Of a stretch of DNA of 58,635 bases, positions 12,246 through 23,803 are shown piece after piece (within the stretch, counting starts at the first letter, position 1; the number at the start of each line of letters is the position of its first letter). A program made the position numbers and the translations under genes. Below the pieces are notes generated by a model that was not told the DNA's origin, ran no database searches, and saw only the letters and a program-made list of their open reading frames with translations. This stretch comes from Trichinella spiralis (lineage: Eukaryota). The DNA is taken from the NCBI RefSeq assembly GCF_000181795.1, contig NW_003526941.1, positions 7,367,930 to 7,426,564 of the forward strand. Direction: 5' to 3'.

Positions 12246-15200
12246 ATGAAGCGAAGGATTGTTTTGTTTCAAAAGGACAATAATTTTTCTGCAAAACAAC
12301 CGAAAACTTTAACTACAAATGAAGATTTCGATGGAAGAAAATTTTTGTCATTGTTAAGCAGGAGCAATGGATTGTCGTCGGCGTTGTCGTATTTTACCGA
12401 CGCGTGCAATTTGTTCGACCAATTTCGTTCGGCAGTCGATCCCGTGGTCGAATTGTTCCAACATTCGTCTGCATGCGAAGAGCTGACCAATTGTTTGGAA
12501 AATGTTGACAAGCCAGTGATGATCAGCTTCTTGTTCGAAGTGTTCAAGTTGATTTTACAACGTATAGTGGAGTCGACGTCGGAACTGTTGGACCGATATG
12601 GTAGTCGAGCGTTGGTGATGTTCCGTGCCATTTTGAACAATTCTCACAAGCTGTATGCCCAGTTGAAAAGTCCTGCTGCGCAACACGTCTGTCAAGTTAT
12701 TCATCTGCTGAAAGCTGGCGTTCGACTCGGACCGGCGGCTGTTGAAGATTTGTTATGCAAATTTGATTTCAGTCGCAGTGCGGTAGTGGGCCTTTTTCGT
12801 GGAAAAATATTCCTATCAGAAATGGTAAGTTTTTTTATTGTTTTATTGGAACAGCAAGGTGCTGCAGTGAAACTGGCGAACGAGAAATTTGCTCTGAAAC
12901 TCCTGCTGACTTCTTTGTCGAATGTTGACGATTTAGAACTGTTGGCTCAGGCGTTGGATACTGTTTGCGATTGTTTTGTAAATTCTGAAGAAATCAGCAA
13001 AGCGGAAAAGGTGAAATTGTTCGATTTGTCCACCACGAAAAAGCTTTGCCAACTTTTTGCACTTTTCGAAAACAATACCACTGCTCAAGAGTTGCTCCAA
13101 GTATCTGTGGAAAAGTTTTTCAGCAGTTGTATAGTGCAGATGAGTGTTTTTGATCGAAAATATGGATTTGGTGAACAGATTTGCAACGTGACGTTGGCGA
13201 CCATTTATCGTGGCACTTTGCCGTTCGTTTCGTCCAATTCGACCACCACAACTGCAGCGCGGAGAACGTTGATCCGAATTATTCACGCGTGTCCAGATTT
13301 GATTCCGGTATGTTTGAATTTGAAAAATTGTTGTCCAACCAATCAGGCGGCGTTGGATTTGTTGGACGTTTGGCAGTGTATTTTTGAAGCTACGGCCGAT
13401 TCACTTCCATCACTTTGTGCCTGTCTGACCGACGTCAACATTGTCTCCGAACTGGTGGTGCCGTCAGTGGCCATCCAGTGGCTGGTGAAGCGCTATTTGA
13501 CCGACTCGAATGTCCATTTGACAATTTCCGCTTGCAATGTGCTGTTGAAATTGTTCAAACGAGTGGATATTGTTTTGAAAGATGAGAAAATGATTCAACA
13601 GTTGAAAAGTGTAGGAATTGAGGAAATTTTTCTCCGTCGTTTTCCCACTTTGGATGAACTGTTGAATTTGTTCACAAGAGCGTGTAATTGTCAATCAGAT
13701 GCCGATGAATTTTTGCAAACCACCGTCGAGCTTGTTTGCAGTGCAGTTTGCTTGTACTCTCTGCTGCACGAGCATTTTCTGCTTTGCACAGATTTGATTC
13801 GAGTTTACGGCAAAATGGAAGCTTACATGAACACTGGTCAAAAATTACGATTGATCAACAAATTTGCGGACAGTTGTGTGAATGTAAAAGAACTGGCAAG
13901 ACTTGGCAAAAGTGCACGGTCAGTTATGGGCAGTTTGTTGGAATGTTACGACGGTGCTGATGAGCGAGAACGAGAACAATTGGACGACGCGTTTTGTTCA
14001 CTTTGCAAGCTCCATCCGAATTTATCCGGTCGTTTGTTCGAAGTTCGACTCTGGTTGCACGTGCTGATGCATCGTCGTTACGGGGTCGAATTGAAGCGGT
14101 GGTTTGAAATTGTGATGCGGGATGTGTTCAACAATTTTTACGAACAATTCGAAACCATGCTGCAGCAGATTGGCGTGTTGTCGAATTTGGTCGAACTGGC
14201 CCAACTGCCTGACGACGAATTTGACCAACAACTGCAACAAGCTGAACGGCATCGTATTGAAAATAGCGTGATTTTGCACGCCTGCATGCGCAGGTTGAGC
14301 TCGTTGAATTCGACTTGGAATGCGGCGATTGAGGGTGGAATTTGTGAAGCATTTCGAACTGTACTTTGGTCCCAGAGGGCCAGTTGGACCGATTGTTTGA
14401 TCATTTTGAACAGCAGCGATTTCAGTATTGGCAAGCAGATTGTCGAAGAACATCGAGCGTTGTTTGCCGATGGGAAATTGAACAGCAAAATTGATTTGTT
14501 GGAAGAGCTCGGATACAGTTTGAACGCCACACCCACTGAGAAAGTGAGAAAATGTCTATTGGGTCGAATCGACTGTCTACGTGGATACGATATTTGCCAA
14601 TTTTTGCAATTGACGTATTTGTGGCGTTTGGCCGAACAGAGAAAATTCCCCTCCAGACAATTGTTGCTCGAATTGATCGAGCGTGTGTTGTGCAGAACCA
14701 AGGAGAAGAAGTTTGTGGACTTTTTTTTCGACTTGGAACCAGTGCAAAAGCATCTGTACAGATATTTGTTCAAAAAGTTGCACTTCATTGCCGATTACAT
14801 TCCACTGTCCGACTGTTTGCGAAAGTTGGAAGAACGTGATGCGGTGCAGTTGTTGCGCAGATTTTTGCAGACGAAGACAAAACCACGTTTCTTCAATCAA
14901 AAGTTGGCGGCATTTGCAACTGTGAAATCTTTCCTGCAAACATCCGCTCTGTTGAACGTGTTGAACGAGCTCGATTTGAATTCGTCGATCAAGTCGAACA
15001 CTGGAGGAGCTTACAGTGCCGTTTGGGTGGAACTGATCGAACGGCTAATGATCCAGGCCGAAGATGCATTTCGAATCGACGATTTGCCTTGTGCAGCCAC
15101 GTTTGTTCGACTTCTCGATCGTCTGCTTCGTCGTCCTCGACGCTTGACCGAACCGATATGTTCGTTGTTGGCAAAGATGTTGGACTATTTTCCACTTTTC

Positions 15201-17600
15201 AATGGTTTCAAATCCAGACGACTAGCCAATGGGATTTTGCGAGCAATTGTGGTCGAAATTGCAATGGACAAGCGCGAATTGTTGGTACAGTTGTTGGAAA
15301 AGTTGATTCGCTTCGACCCCGGTGCAGTTGTCACTTCGCTGTTTTGCAATTGGATAATCGACCAGCGAGCATTTGCCGCCACTATCCGGCACCGTTTGCT
15401 GGGCTGCGTGTTGATGGTGATCGACAAAGCTGAACAACAACACCATTTGGACGTTATTTTCCAATTGTATGAACACGACTTTGCAGATGTTCAAAATTGG
15501 AATGACCAATTGTTGGATTTGGCAATTCAACTGGCCGATCGTGAATATCCGCATCTTGTCGACCAGTTGGTCGAATATGCTTGTTGGATTTGCGCAGGTG
15601 GCGTTGGGTTGGAAAAAATGCCAACTTTGGTGAAATTGTTGCCAATTTTGAAGCGTTTTTGGCAGTCGACGAACAAGTTGGTCGATTTGTTGTTGGATTG
15701 TTTGTCAAACCGCTTGGGAGCGAATAGTGAATTCGAATCGAAATTGGCGACGTTGCTCAGCGAACGGGCCGAAGCGATTGTCGCAGAAGTACCGTGGGAA
15801 AAGTTGGTTCGTCTGGCCCAACTGGTACTTGGAGATCGCTTCGACAGTGTCGAACATTTGCAATTGCTCCAGTCGATGGTGCTTTGTTGGCCGGTTCGTT
15901 GCCGGCAAGCTGTGCCGGTGGTGGCGATGGTGTTCGGCCATTCCCAGTTTGGAGCTTCGGTGTTGGCGGGTGGAAATGATCGACTGAAATTGGCAATCGT
16001 CCAACTTTTGTACAACTGCGTCCGAATGGAACCGACGGTTGTCGAACAGTGGCACGTGAGCGTACTGCTTGGCGCTTACGGGGCCACGTTGGCGCCGAGC
16101 GATGTCCGACTGTTGGCGTTGATCGAACAGTACGAAAATTGTGGGGTCGATTTGAGCGCGTTCTACCCGCTCACTTGGGCTGCCGAGGCGTTGCGATTTT
16201 GCGTCAACTGGCGCAAACTTGGGCCGTCGTTGTGGAACCGCCCGTCATCGGACGACGTTCTGAACGCGATCGAGGCGGATCGAATGCGACGCACGGTCGA
16301 CCAGTTGCCGTTGAATTTGTCTTTCGATTTGCACCACGCCCATTTGCCCGACGACAACCGACGCTCGTTGTACGATCCGAGATTTTTTCTGCCGCTCATG
16401 TTGAAACTCGTCTCGGTTGACGTCGAGCTCGACTGTAGAAAATTCGCCACCAAACACTGTTTGGGATTGGCTTTGGCGGCGTTGAGTTTCACCGATCCCA
16501 CCCTGCGTGCCATGGCTTACAAAGTGTTGTACGACTTTCAGCAACGGTTGACGAGTGGTGTCGAATTTTACGAAAAAGCTCAACTGAACAACGTGATCGA
16601 ACTGGTTCGAGCCAGTGTCGAACAGGAGAACGAACGGTTGGCTTTTCTGATCGCGTTGTTCTTCGCACGGGTTACGGTTTTGCTATTTGAACCGACCAAT
16701 CAGGCGTATCCGGTTGTCAATTCGTTCCTTTTGATTCGTCCATTTGTCGATTTGCACCACGTGCCCAATTTTCTCCAACTGATGTACAGTTCGTCCGAAC
16801 GGGAACAGCAACGCACCGACGAACGGATGTGGCTGTTCGACTTGCTTGCCGACGGTATTCGCACCGAAGTCGATTATTTCGCCTGTTGTCGTTCCCTAGT
16901 ATTCAAGCACTTGCTCGGCTACGTTGGTTCCACTTTGTGCGACCAGTCGACCATGGTCGAACGCCTTGTCGACATTCTACTGGCCGTGAGTCGGATTCCT
17001 CTAGCGTCGGCTGGTCTGTGCATCGAACGGTCGTTGTTGTTGTGGCTCGACTGGTCGAAATTGGCAAATATCACTGCCAGTCTGCATCTGCTTGTGAATC
17101 TCTACTCGACTTGTTGTTCACGACGATCGTTGCTCGTTTGGTGGGTTTCGACCGCCAGTCGGTCAATTCGACGTGCGTCGACGGTCGACGTGGACGTGGT
17201 CGTTCGACTGACCGCCCATTTGGTCGACGCCAGCGTTCGACTACCGTCCAGGGTGATGGGCGTCGAACTGCTCGATCAAGCGATTCGGACGACCGGTCGC
17301 TATTTGGCCGACCGTCTACTGGTCGACCGAGCGTCGGTAGTCGACTGCTGGGCCGCCATTGGGCGATGTTTTTGGCGCTCTTTCCACCGTCGTTCCAACC
17401 ACTGGTCAGCGGGGTTATTGGAGATTTTTCAAATTTATCTGCTCCAAACTTATCGTCACTGTTCGGGCGAATCGGCTTCTCTATCCGACCTGATCGTCAA
17501 GTTGTTTTCCGTTTGTCGAAAACATCGACCGTTGCGTCGTCGCTTTTGTTTCAAATTACAACTGCTTCAACGTCGCCTTTTTGTAACCAATGGCCAATGA
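12246..17600 (+). CDS. URB1: Nucleolar pre-ribosomal-associated protein 1 (URB1/Npa1), apparently single exon, ~1784 aa
   Basis: Uninterrupted 5.4 kb ORF with first ATG at 12246. C-terminal URB1/NopRA1-type motifs: LLGAYGATLAPSDVRLL, YDPRFFLPL, LALAALSFTDPTLRAMAYKVL, YPVVNSFLLIRPFVDLHHVPNF and ERMWLFDLLADGIR. AATAAA at ~17662. Confidence 0.88.
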   Translation: MKRRIVLFQKDNNFSAKQPKTLTTNEDFDGRKFLSLLSRSNGLSSALSYFTDACNLFDQFRSAVDPVVELFQHSSACEELTNCLENVDKPVMISFLFEVFKLILQRIVESTSELLDRYGSRALVMFRAILNNSHKLYAQLKSPAAQHVCQVIHLLKAGVRLGPAAVEDLLCKFDFSRSAVVGLFRGKIFLSEMVSFFIVLLEQQGAAVKLANEKFALKLLLTSLSNVDDLELLAQALDTVCDCFVNSEEISKAEKVKLFDLSTTKKLCQLFALFENNTTAQELLQVSVEKFFSSCIVQMSVFDRKYGFGEQICNVTLATIYRGTLPFVSSNSTTTTAARRTLIRIIHACPDLIPVCLNLKNCCPTNQAALDLLDVWQCIFEATADSLPSLCACLTDVNIVSELVVPSVAIQWLVKRYLTDSNVHLTISACNVLLKLFKRVDIVLKDEKMIQQLKSVGIEEIFLRRFPTLDELLNLFTRACNCQSDADEFLQTTVELVCSAVCLYSLLHEHFLLCTDLIRVYGKMEAYMNTGQKLRLINKFADSCVNVKELARLGKSARSVMGSLLECYDGADEREREQLDDAFCSLCKLHPNLSGRLFEVRLWLHVLMHRRYGVELKRWFEIVMRDVFNNFYEQFETMLQQIGVLSNLVELAQLPDDEFDQQLQQAERHRIENSVILHACMRRLSSLNSTWNAAIEGGICEAFRTVLWSQRASWTDCLIILNSSDFSIGKQIVEEHRALFADGKLNSKIDLLEELGYSLNATPTEKVRKCLLGRIDCLRGYDICQFLQLTYLWRLAEQRKFPSRQLLLELIERVLCRTKEKKFVDFFFDLEPVQKHLYRYLFKKLHFIADYIPLSDCLRKLEERDAVQLLRRFLQTKTKPRFFNQKLAAFATVKSFLQTSALLNVLNELDLNSSIKSNTGGAYSAVWVELIERLMIQAEDAFRIDDLPCAATFVRLLDRLLRRPRRLTEPICSLLAKMLDYFPLFNGFKSRRLANGILRAIVVEIAMDKRELLVQLLEKLIRFDPGAVVTSLFCNWIIDQRAFAATIRHRLLGCVLMVIDKAEQQHHLDVIFQLYEHDFADVQNWNDQLLDLAIQLADREYPHLVDQLVEYACWICAGGVGLEKMPTLVKLLPILKRFWQSTNKLVDLLLDCLSNRLGANSEFESKLATLLSERAEAIVAEVPWEKLVRLAQLVLGDRFDSVEHLQLLQSMVLCWPVRCRQAVPVVAMVFGHSQFGASVLAGGNDRLKLAIVQLLYNCVRMEPTVVEQWHVSVLLGAYGATLAPSDVRLLALIEQYENCGVDLSAFYPLTWAAEALRFCVNWRKLGPSLWNRPSSDDVLNAIEADRMRRTVDQLPLNLSFDLHHAHLPDDNRRSLYDPRFFLPLMLKLVSVDVELDCRKFATKHCLGLALAALSFTDPTLRAMAYKVLYDFQQRLTSGVEFYEKAQLNNVIELVRASVEQENERLAFLIALFFARVTVLLFEPTNQAYPVVNSFLLIRPFVDLHHVPNFLQLMYSSSEREQQRTDERMWLFDLLADGIRTEVDYFACCRSLVFKHLLGYVGSTLCDQSTMVERLVDILLAVSRIPLASAGLCIERSLLLWLDWSKLANITASLHLLVNLYSTCCSRRSLLVWWVSTASRSIRRASTVDVDVVVRLTAHLVDASVRLPSRVMGVELLDQAIRTTGRYLADRLLVDRASVVDCWAAIGRCFWRSFHRRSNHWSAGLLEIFQIYLLQTYRHCSGESASLSDLIVKLFSVCRKHRPLRRRFCFKLQLLQRRLFVTNGQ

Positions 17601-18831
17601 CCCACTACACACTGATCGCCGTTGTTGTTTTGTTTTGTTTTGTTTTGTTATAAATCGACAAATAAATAAATTTCAATTTTCCCAATTTGAACAACTGAAA
17701 TTTCAAATCATCTTTTAATTAGGTCATTGAAATTTTGAAACTTGAATTATATTTACAAAAAGTACAGTAAACTGAATTTGAATTTCAACAGCCACTCGTC
17801 GAACGCGTGCTGTTGTTCAAAGATGGGGTTTGTGTCAAAATTTGAAATTCATTCCACATATCAGTCGAGACGGAAAAGCTGCACGCTGCTGAACTATGAC
17901 TGTTCATCTGCTGCCATGCTTGTCGATGCAGAAAATATGCGGCTAATGAAATGGCGCCCTGTCGACTACCATTTTTTCTACAACAAACTGGTAAGTAGAT
18001 GTCTTTTGTTTTCTTCTGATTCATTCTGGTAAACTTTTCTTCCTTTTTCACTTGGTCCAAGAGTAGATTTTTTTTCTGTCACGAGTGTATAGTTTTTGCT
18101 TTTGCTTGATTCAACTATATTCAGTGGAAAAAGTTATAATTGAGCATAAATTTTCTTCTTCTTCTTCTTCTTTTCAAATATTTTTGAAAAATTTGACGTG
18201 AAAAACCCACATGAACAACAATTAAGTTGAAAGTAGATTTGAATTTATTTGTCATTTTGATTGAAAATGTTCCATTTTTCAAATTTGACTGTGGAAAATT
18301 TCCACCGACCAAAACCAGTCAGATTATCGTTTGTTTTTTTAATCTACTTAAAACAAAATTCATTTGGTTTCAGTTCTGTACATTCGAAGGGAATTGTTTT
18401 TGAGAGAAATAATGTTGTTCACAATACTTTTGCGTTAGTGTGTAAAATCCATTTTTGCAAAAGAAAAGCGATCAATTTGCAAAAATGTACAATGTGTTGA
18501 AAATGCGCAGCATCACTAGCGAAATGTTTCCCCCTCAACTGATTGTGAAGATCTTGAGCATGTATAGAATGATGTTTGTTGTCCGAAAAAAAAGGAAAAA
18601 ATTGGTCGCATTGTTTTCAGTTCAGTTGTTTTGAGATCAAAAAAAGTATCAATTTTCTGATTTTGTTCTTCTCTCATCTTAAGAATAATTTTTCCAACAC
18701 GACAGTGACACTACTGGTAAAGGGAGAGGGAGGGGGGAGAATTGTGAAAGAAAAATAGTTTCTTTCGTTGTGGGATTCAGAAATGAATGAGGAATTTTTT
18801 TTTCTAAACGGCAAACCGAACACAGGCACTG

Positions 18832-19652
18832 TTATCTCAGCTCATCACGACTGCATTTGATTTGCCACGGTTCTTCTTCGACGAATTTCCAATAGCCGAC
18901 CATCGTCGAATCGTTCGTCGCCAGGGCAGGGCTGTTTTCCAGTTCTTCTTGTTCTTCAATTTCCAACGCGGTCGGTATGTGCGCAGACGACTGGATCTTT
19001 GCACTCGGCGATCTGGTCGTTTCCTCCTCTTCGGGCTGATCCAACAAATGGGAACCCCACGCGCAGTGGAACAGAAAATATCCCACCCACATGCACAAGC
19101 ATGCCAACGGGCTCAGACCAGCAGCGCTGCAAAAAGAAAATTCTTTCCTATTTTTCACGAACTAGAAATTCATACTGATTTGTGACAAAAATAAGCGAAA
19201 GAACAAGTGATAAATTTGAACTACGATGGCATAGGATTCCATATGAATAAAGTATGCAAATTTTCTGCTGATCAGCGTAAGATTTTGTTTGTATGCAATG
19301 GATCGATTGGCACAGGAAGAAAGAGTTTGCACTTTGGACGAAAAATTATTTTCAACACTTCAACAAATGAGAATGTACTTACTACGCTTTGCAGTGAACT
19401 GCGCTACAGGCGATCACAACACAAAGTAACGTCAATGCACCGACCAACCAAAGAATGACAGAAAAGAACAACAGGCAATGCCTAAAAATGGGCAATCGAC
19501 ATTTTTATCTGTGATGTATATACTTTTTTGGGCAGTGTTACTGTGTAGGAAAAAATCGAATCTTACTTTATAGAATAGACACTTTTGTACACAGGTAACA
19601 TAAAGTCGAAAAACATGGGACATTTGCGTTTGTAATACCATGGTCGATACAT
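18832..19652 (-). CDS. Small membrane protein, 159 aa, 3 exons, two hydrophobic segments; weak resemblance to LHFPL/claudin-superfamily TM2-TM3
   Basis: Exons 19652-19567, 19481-19383 and 19126-18832 (86+99+295 = 480 nt). Both introns are GTAAG...AG and phase 2. Protein: MYRPWYYKRKCPMFFDFMLPVYKSVYSIKHCLLFFSVILWLVGALTLLCVVIACSAVHCKAYAAGLSPLACLCMWVGYFLFHCAWGSHLLDQPEEE...WQIKCSRDELR*. Confidence 0.6.
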
Positions 19653-21326
19653 GTTGGATGTCTTTTGAGAAAAAGAATGCAAGTGAAATGAGGAAAGAGA
19701 AGAAAGAATAAGATGTAAAGTGGAAGAATGAGATGCTGTGCAACAAGCGACGAATTAATTTATTTTTATATAAAGCTTCGTGTGTGCATCATGTATATAT
19801 ATATATATGTTGGTCTATTAGTTTGTTTAAGAGACGAATTGGTGTTGAGTGAGTTGGTTTGTGAGTGGTGGGTACGTATGGGGCGGAATTTCGCTAACGA
19901 ACGAAGCGAAAAGAGAGAAAGCTGAGCATCAGTTTTCGTCAGAGCCGGATGGGGCTGAGAACGCGTGGAATCTTTTCGCTTTTCATTCGATTCAGCGCCG
20001 ATTGTTGCGTTCACACACACACATACACGTTCAATTTAGCTTTTTCTTTTGCAACAATCAAACAATATGAACATGCACTCAGGCATCAATTAACTCCGGG
20101 ATTGGTCTGAACCGGAACTCGCTTTCTTCTTCCATTGCGTCACTAAGAACCAACCACCAACTTTTAATGAGTGATACACGCCAACACACACACATGCATA
20201 CCTACGTATATTTCATTGCGCAGATCATTTGCGCAGCTGCTTTGCAACGTTAAATTTCTAGCAACGCTCACCTTATTGAAATGGAATGAAAATATATAGA
20301 TATATATATATTTATTTATTTATTCATTTATTTCCATTCATCATATAACTTCTATTGGAATATTTATTTTCATCTCAACCCAATTTAAGTTCAATGTATT
20401 GAATGAATTTTTACACATTTCCAATTGATTATCGAATTTGAACTATTTTTAAAATGGAAAAATGAGTGAACTTTCTCAATTTGATATTCTTATCATTATT
20501 ATTGTTGGAAAAATTTTCACCTAACATAAAATTTAAAAAATAAAGGAAAGAGAAGAGAAGAGAAATTTCATTTTTATCTATGGAAAATTTGAACAACGGA
20601 AAAACCTTTTTCTTTATCAAGTTCATCTATCAATCAATGCTTATCATTTGGAATTTTGTGAATTTTCAACTAATAATGATAAGAAAAAGAAGTGGAAAAT
20701 GAATCAATTGATTGCAATTTTGATAAGTTGAACAATTTTTATACGGGCATATTTTATTATAATTATCAAAGATTTTTTTTTCTTTGATTTCCTCTGCGTT
20801 TGTATAAGTTTGAAATCAGACGAGCCAGCGTTAACCATTGCCAAGCGTTTGTCGAAAAGTGTTCAGTTCAATATTTCGCCAACTTTGATGTCTTTTCAAA
20901 ATTGAATATTTCTTCTCTATTTTGTTGCCCATCATTTATTGTCAACGTTATAACAACAACAGATGAGGTGTTTCTTATTATTTTTATTGATGCTCTGTTT
21001 TTCCTCTTTGAACAACGTCGAATCGTCGATTGGGTTGTTGTATGTAAATTTCTAGACATGTCAATTGTTGATTTGTCCGTTGTTTGTTTGTTGTCAGTTG
21101 AAGCTAGTTTGTAATACTATTTTGTGTATACTGCAGGCGCTGGTTTGTTAGCCTATTTTAAAATTAGCGATATATTTCTTGACCAGTCGTTGTTGTCAGA
21201 CTTGTCATATTTATGACCCGATTGTTGAAATTTTGCTCAACCAAAAGCCCAAAACAAAGCGACCATTATTTATTTTCAAATAACAGTAATATTCAAATTG
21301 ATGATATGTGATAATTTCAAATCAGT

Positions 21327-22531
21327 TCAAGCAGACGGGAATCGCCTTTGGCCAGGAATAATGTTCGGCTTTTGATGATGTATGCAAATAATTTCGCAAT
21401 CTTCTTTGTATCGAATAGATGGATCTTCTTCGACATTGTCCACTCCGTTGCAATAGCCGTACGGATAGGAGATGCACTCGCCGTTGTACAGATGCCATCG
21501 TAGGGTAAATTGGCTAGGCAAACCGGTGCTGCATTGTTCTCTGTAGGGTAGCCGGTCGCAGCTGTATTTCACTGACTTGGAACGATTTGCTAAAACATTC
21601 ATTGGAACATCATTGCCTCTCACCACGTTCAATTTGCATTATTACTTTGTTCAGTTGATTTGCCATTTGTGAATTCGTCTTCTTCTTCTTCTTTGAATTC
21701 TTTTTCAACTTGTTCATTTTCTGCTGTATTACTGCTATTTTCTTCTATATCTCTGGGGTCTGAACTGGCGCCAAGAATTCTGACCAATGAATTTGGTTGC
21801 GTGTAACGGTCCGCTTGTTCTACCACTACATCATAACCAACTGTTGCAGTTTTTGTCCATTGCTGTTGGTAGTAGTTGTTGCTGTTATCATTATTGGTTT
21901 GCACGCCTGAAAAGCATCGATCGATCGACATTTTATTGCTTGGAGCGATGTTAAATTTATCCGTCCATCTATCTATCTATCTATCTTTATATATGCACAT
22001 ACACACACCTGAACGTGCAGTTGGGGAGTTGGTTTTCTCAGACGAGTAATCGTAGCGATTATTTTTGGCAATTCGTTCACCTAAATGCAAACATGGAAAA
22101 CTTGTAACTGTAATGTAAATTTCTTTTACGGTATTTTGCATGTCCGAATGTATTTTGAATACAATGAGCGATGCAATCTTTTCGATATCGAATCGTTTTG
22201 TCGACACCGTTTGCCTCCTCTTCGCCCGCACAGTAGCCGTAGGGATAAGTATGGCATTCACCGTTTTCGACATACCAACGCCAGACAAATTGACTTTTCA
22301 GACCAGTTGAACAGAACTCCTTGTACGCTTGCCTTTGACACGAGTACTCGAACGCAGTCGATGCTTCACAGAAAGCTTTTCATGTTAATTTTTTGGATGA
22401 AGAGTTCAATTTGAAATTATTCTATAAAATCTTTGCCTACCTTTGCTATTGAAAAACAACAGCATTGCTAATAGCAGTGATAATTTGATTAATGCAGAGT
22501 CTACTGGTGGTGGTGGTGGTGGTGGTGCCAT
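21327..22531 (-). CDS. Secreted protein with two divergent six-cysteine Kunitz-like domains separated by an acidic linker
   Basis: ATG at 22531 with signal-like MAPPPPPPVDSALIKLSLLLAMLLFFNSK|AFC. Domain 1 (~22375-22130): YSCQRQAYKEFCSTGLKSQFVWRWYVENGECHTYPYGYC...IRYRKDCIAHC. Domain 2 (last exon): YSCDRLPYREQCSTGLPSQFTLRWHLYNGECISYPYGYC...IRYKEDCEIIC. About 5 exons with short GT-AG introns. Confidence 0.82.
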
Positions 22532-23803
22532 TGTTGTTGCACAAATTTAGGCGTGGACAGTTGTTGTTGTTTGTCCATTGCTTGTGCATTTCTTCTTATA
22601 ATGAGGCTGGCGACACAATTTTTGCAATAATGTCAAATATAAGAACTTGCCGGACAAGCTGATAAATGTGTGTTGTCCATTTCTATTGTCCGACAGTGAT
22701 GAATCATTTCTGCTGGATTTTTTACATGTATCGTAGAGGGAAAAATAGCTAGTAGTAGTAGTAGTTTTATTTTCATCAGCTTAAACGTTGATTGATTCAA
22801 TTGAAAGAGAAAACATACAACATGCAGATATCATCTATTTATCAAAAGAAAGATTAATGTTCATTTGTTATTTTGTCATTTGGGAATGTTGTTCGAATGT
22901 TAAAGCATTTGTTTGTTGTTTTGTTCAATAATGTTCAAATGGTAGATGGGGTAATAAGCTTAACAATTGATTGATTACTCTGACATATTTCCATGCAATT
23001 GACGTTCATATTTATTTAACATTCTGCAGTTTGTCTTTATTAATTCGGGATGGAAAGTAGATTTTTATTAATTTTTTTTCTTCTTTTTTTATTGATTCAG
23101 TAGGTGGGATCGATCATTTGTATGAAGCAAAAGTAGTGGGTCTGTTGAAATGATGCAGAACTATTTTGATGGATTAAGTTAATCGAGATTAAAAATTCAT
23201 TATTAGCTTTGCCAAATTGTTAATCATCATTCTTTTCGCTGAGCTGAACAATAATGGCTTGTTTGACGTGTTTGAGGAGTAGTTGTTTTCAGTGTAAAAA
23301 GCAAAGTAAAACTTTTCTGGCTAATTAATCTGAAGAAGAAACTGATTATTATAGAGCAGTTAGTAGTAATTCGTAACAGTCCATTGAGACGTTTTGTTTC
23401 GGTTTTAATTATCGTACTAGAATTTTCTGCTGCTGGCTAAATAGACGATTTTGCCAAGCATAACAAAAATAAACAGCTAACCCTTTCCCAAGTAAAGAAA
23501 GATTGTTGTACATGCATGCAGGTAATGTTTTTGAGAACAGAAAGAGAAAAAAAGTATTTATGTTTATGAATGGAATTTATTATAAGCATGGAATGAATGA
23601 ATGTAAGATTGATTTAATTCCATTGTGGCAGAAATGAAGTGTGCAAAAATGGAACTGATGAATGAATAATTAAGTGGAGAAAAAGCACAACTTGTATATC
23701 AGAGTGAAAATTGTTCAATTTGGTTTATATGTATATATATATATATGTATATACATGAAAGGTCATGAAGAAGAAGGAACGCAAGCGTGAAAATGAATAG
23801 GAA

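Noticed and set aside
12825..12854. In-frame GTAAGT...ACAG micro-intron candidate within URB1
   Set aside because: Only 30 nt, shorter than other introns here, and it encodes a plausible helix (VSFFIVLLEQ).
16829..17653. 274-aa alternative-frame ORF and many antisense ORFs overlapping URB1
   Set aside because: Shadow ORFs expected from the GC-rich, stop-poor codon usage; no recognisable domains.
21592..21645. Apparent frameshift between ORFs 21629-21931 and 21327-21632
   Set aside because: Resolved by a ~54-nt phase-1 GTAATA...TTTTAG intron.
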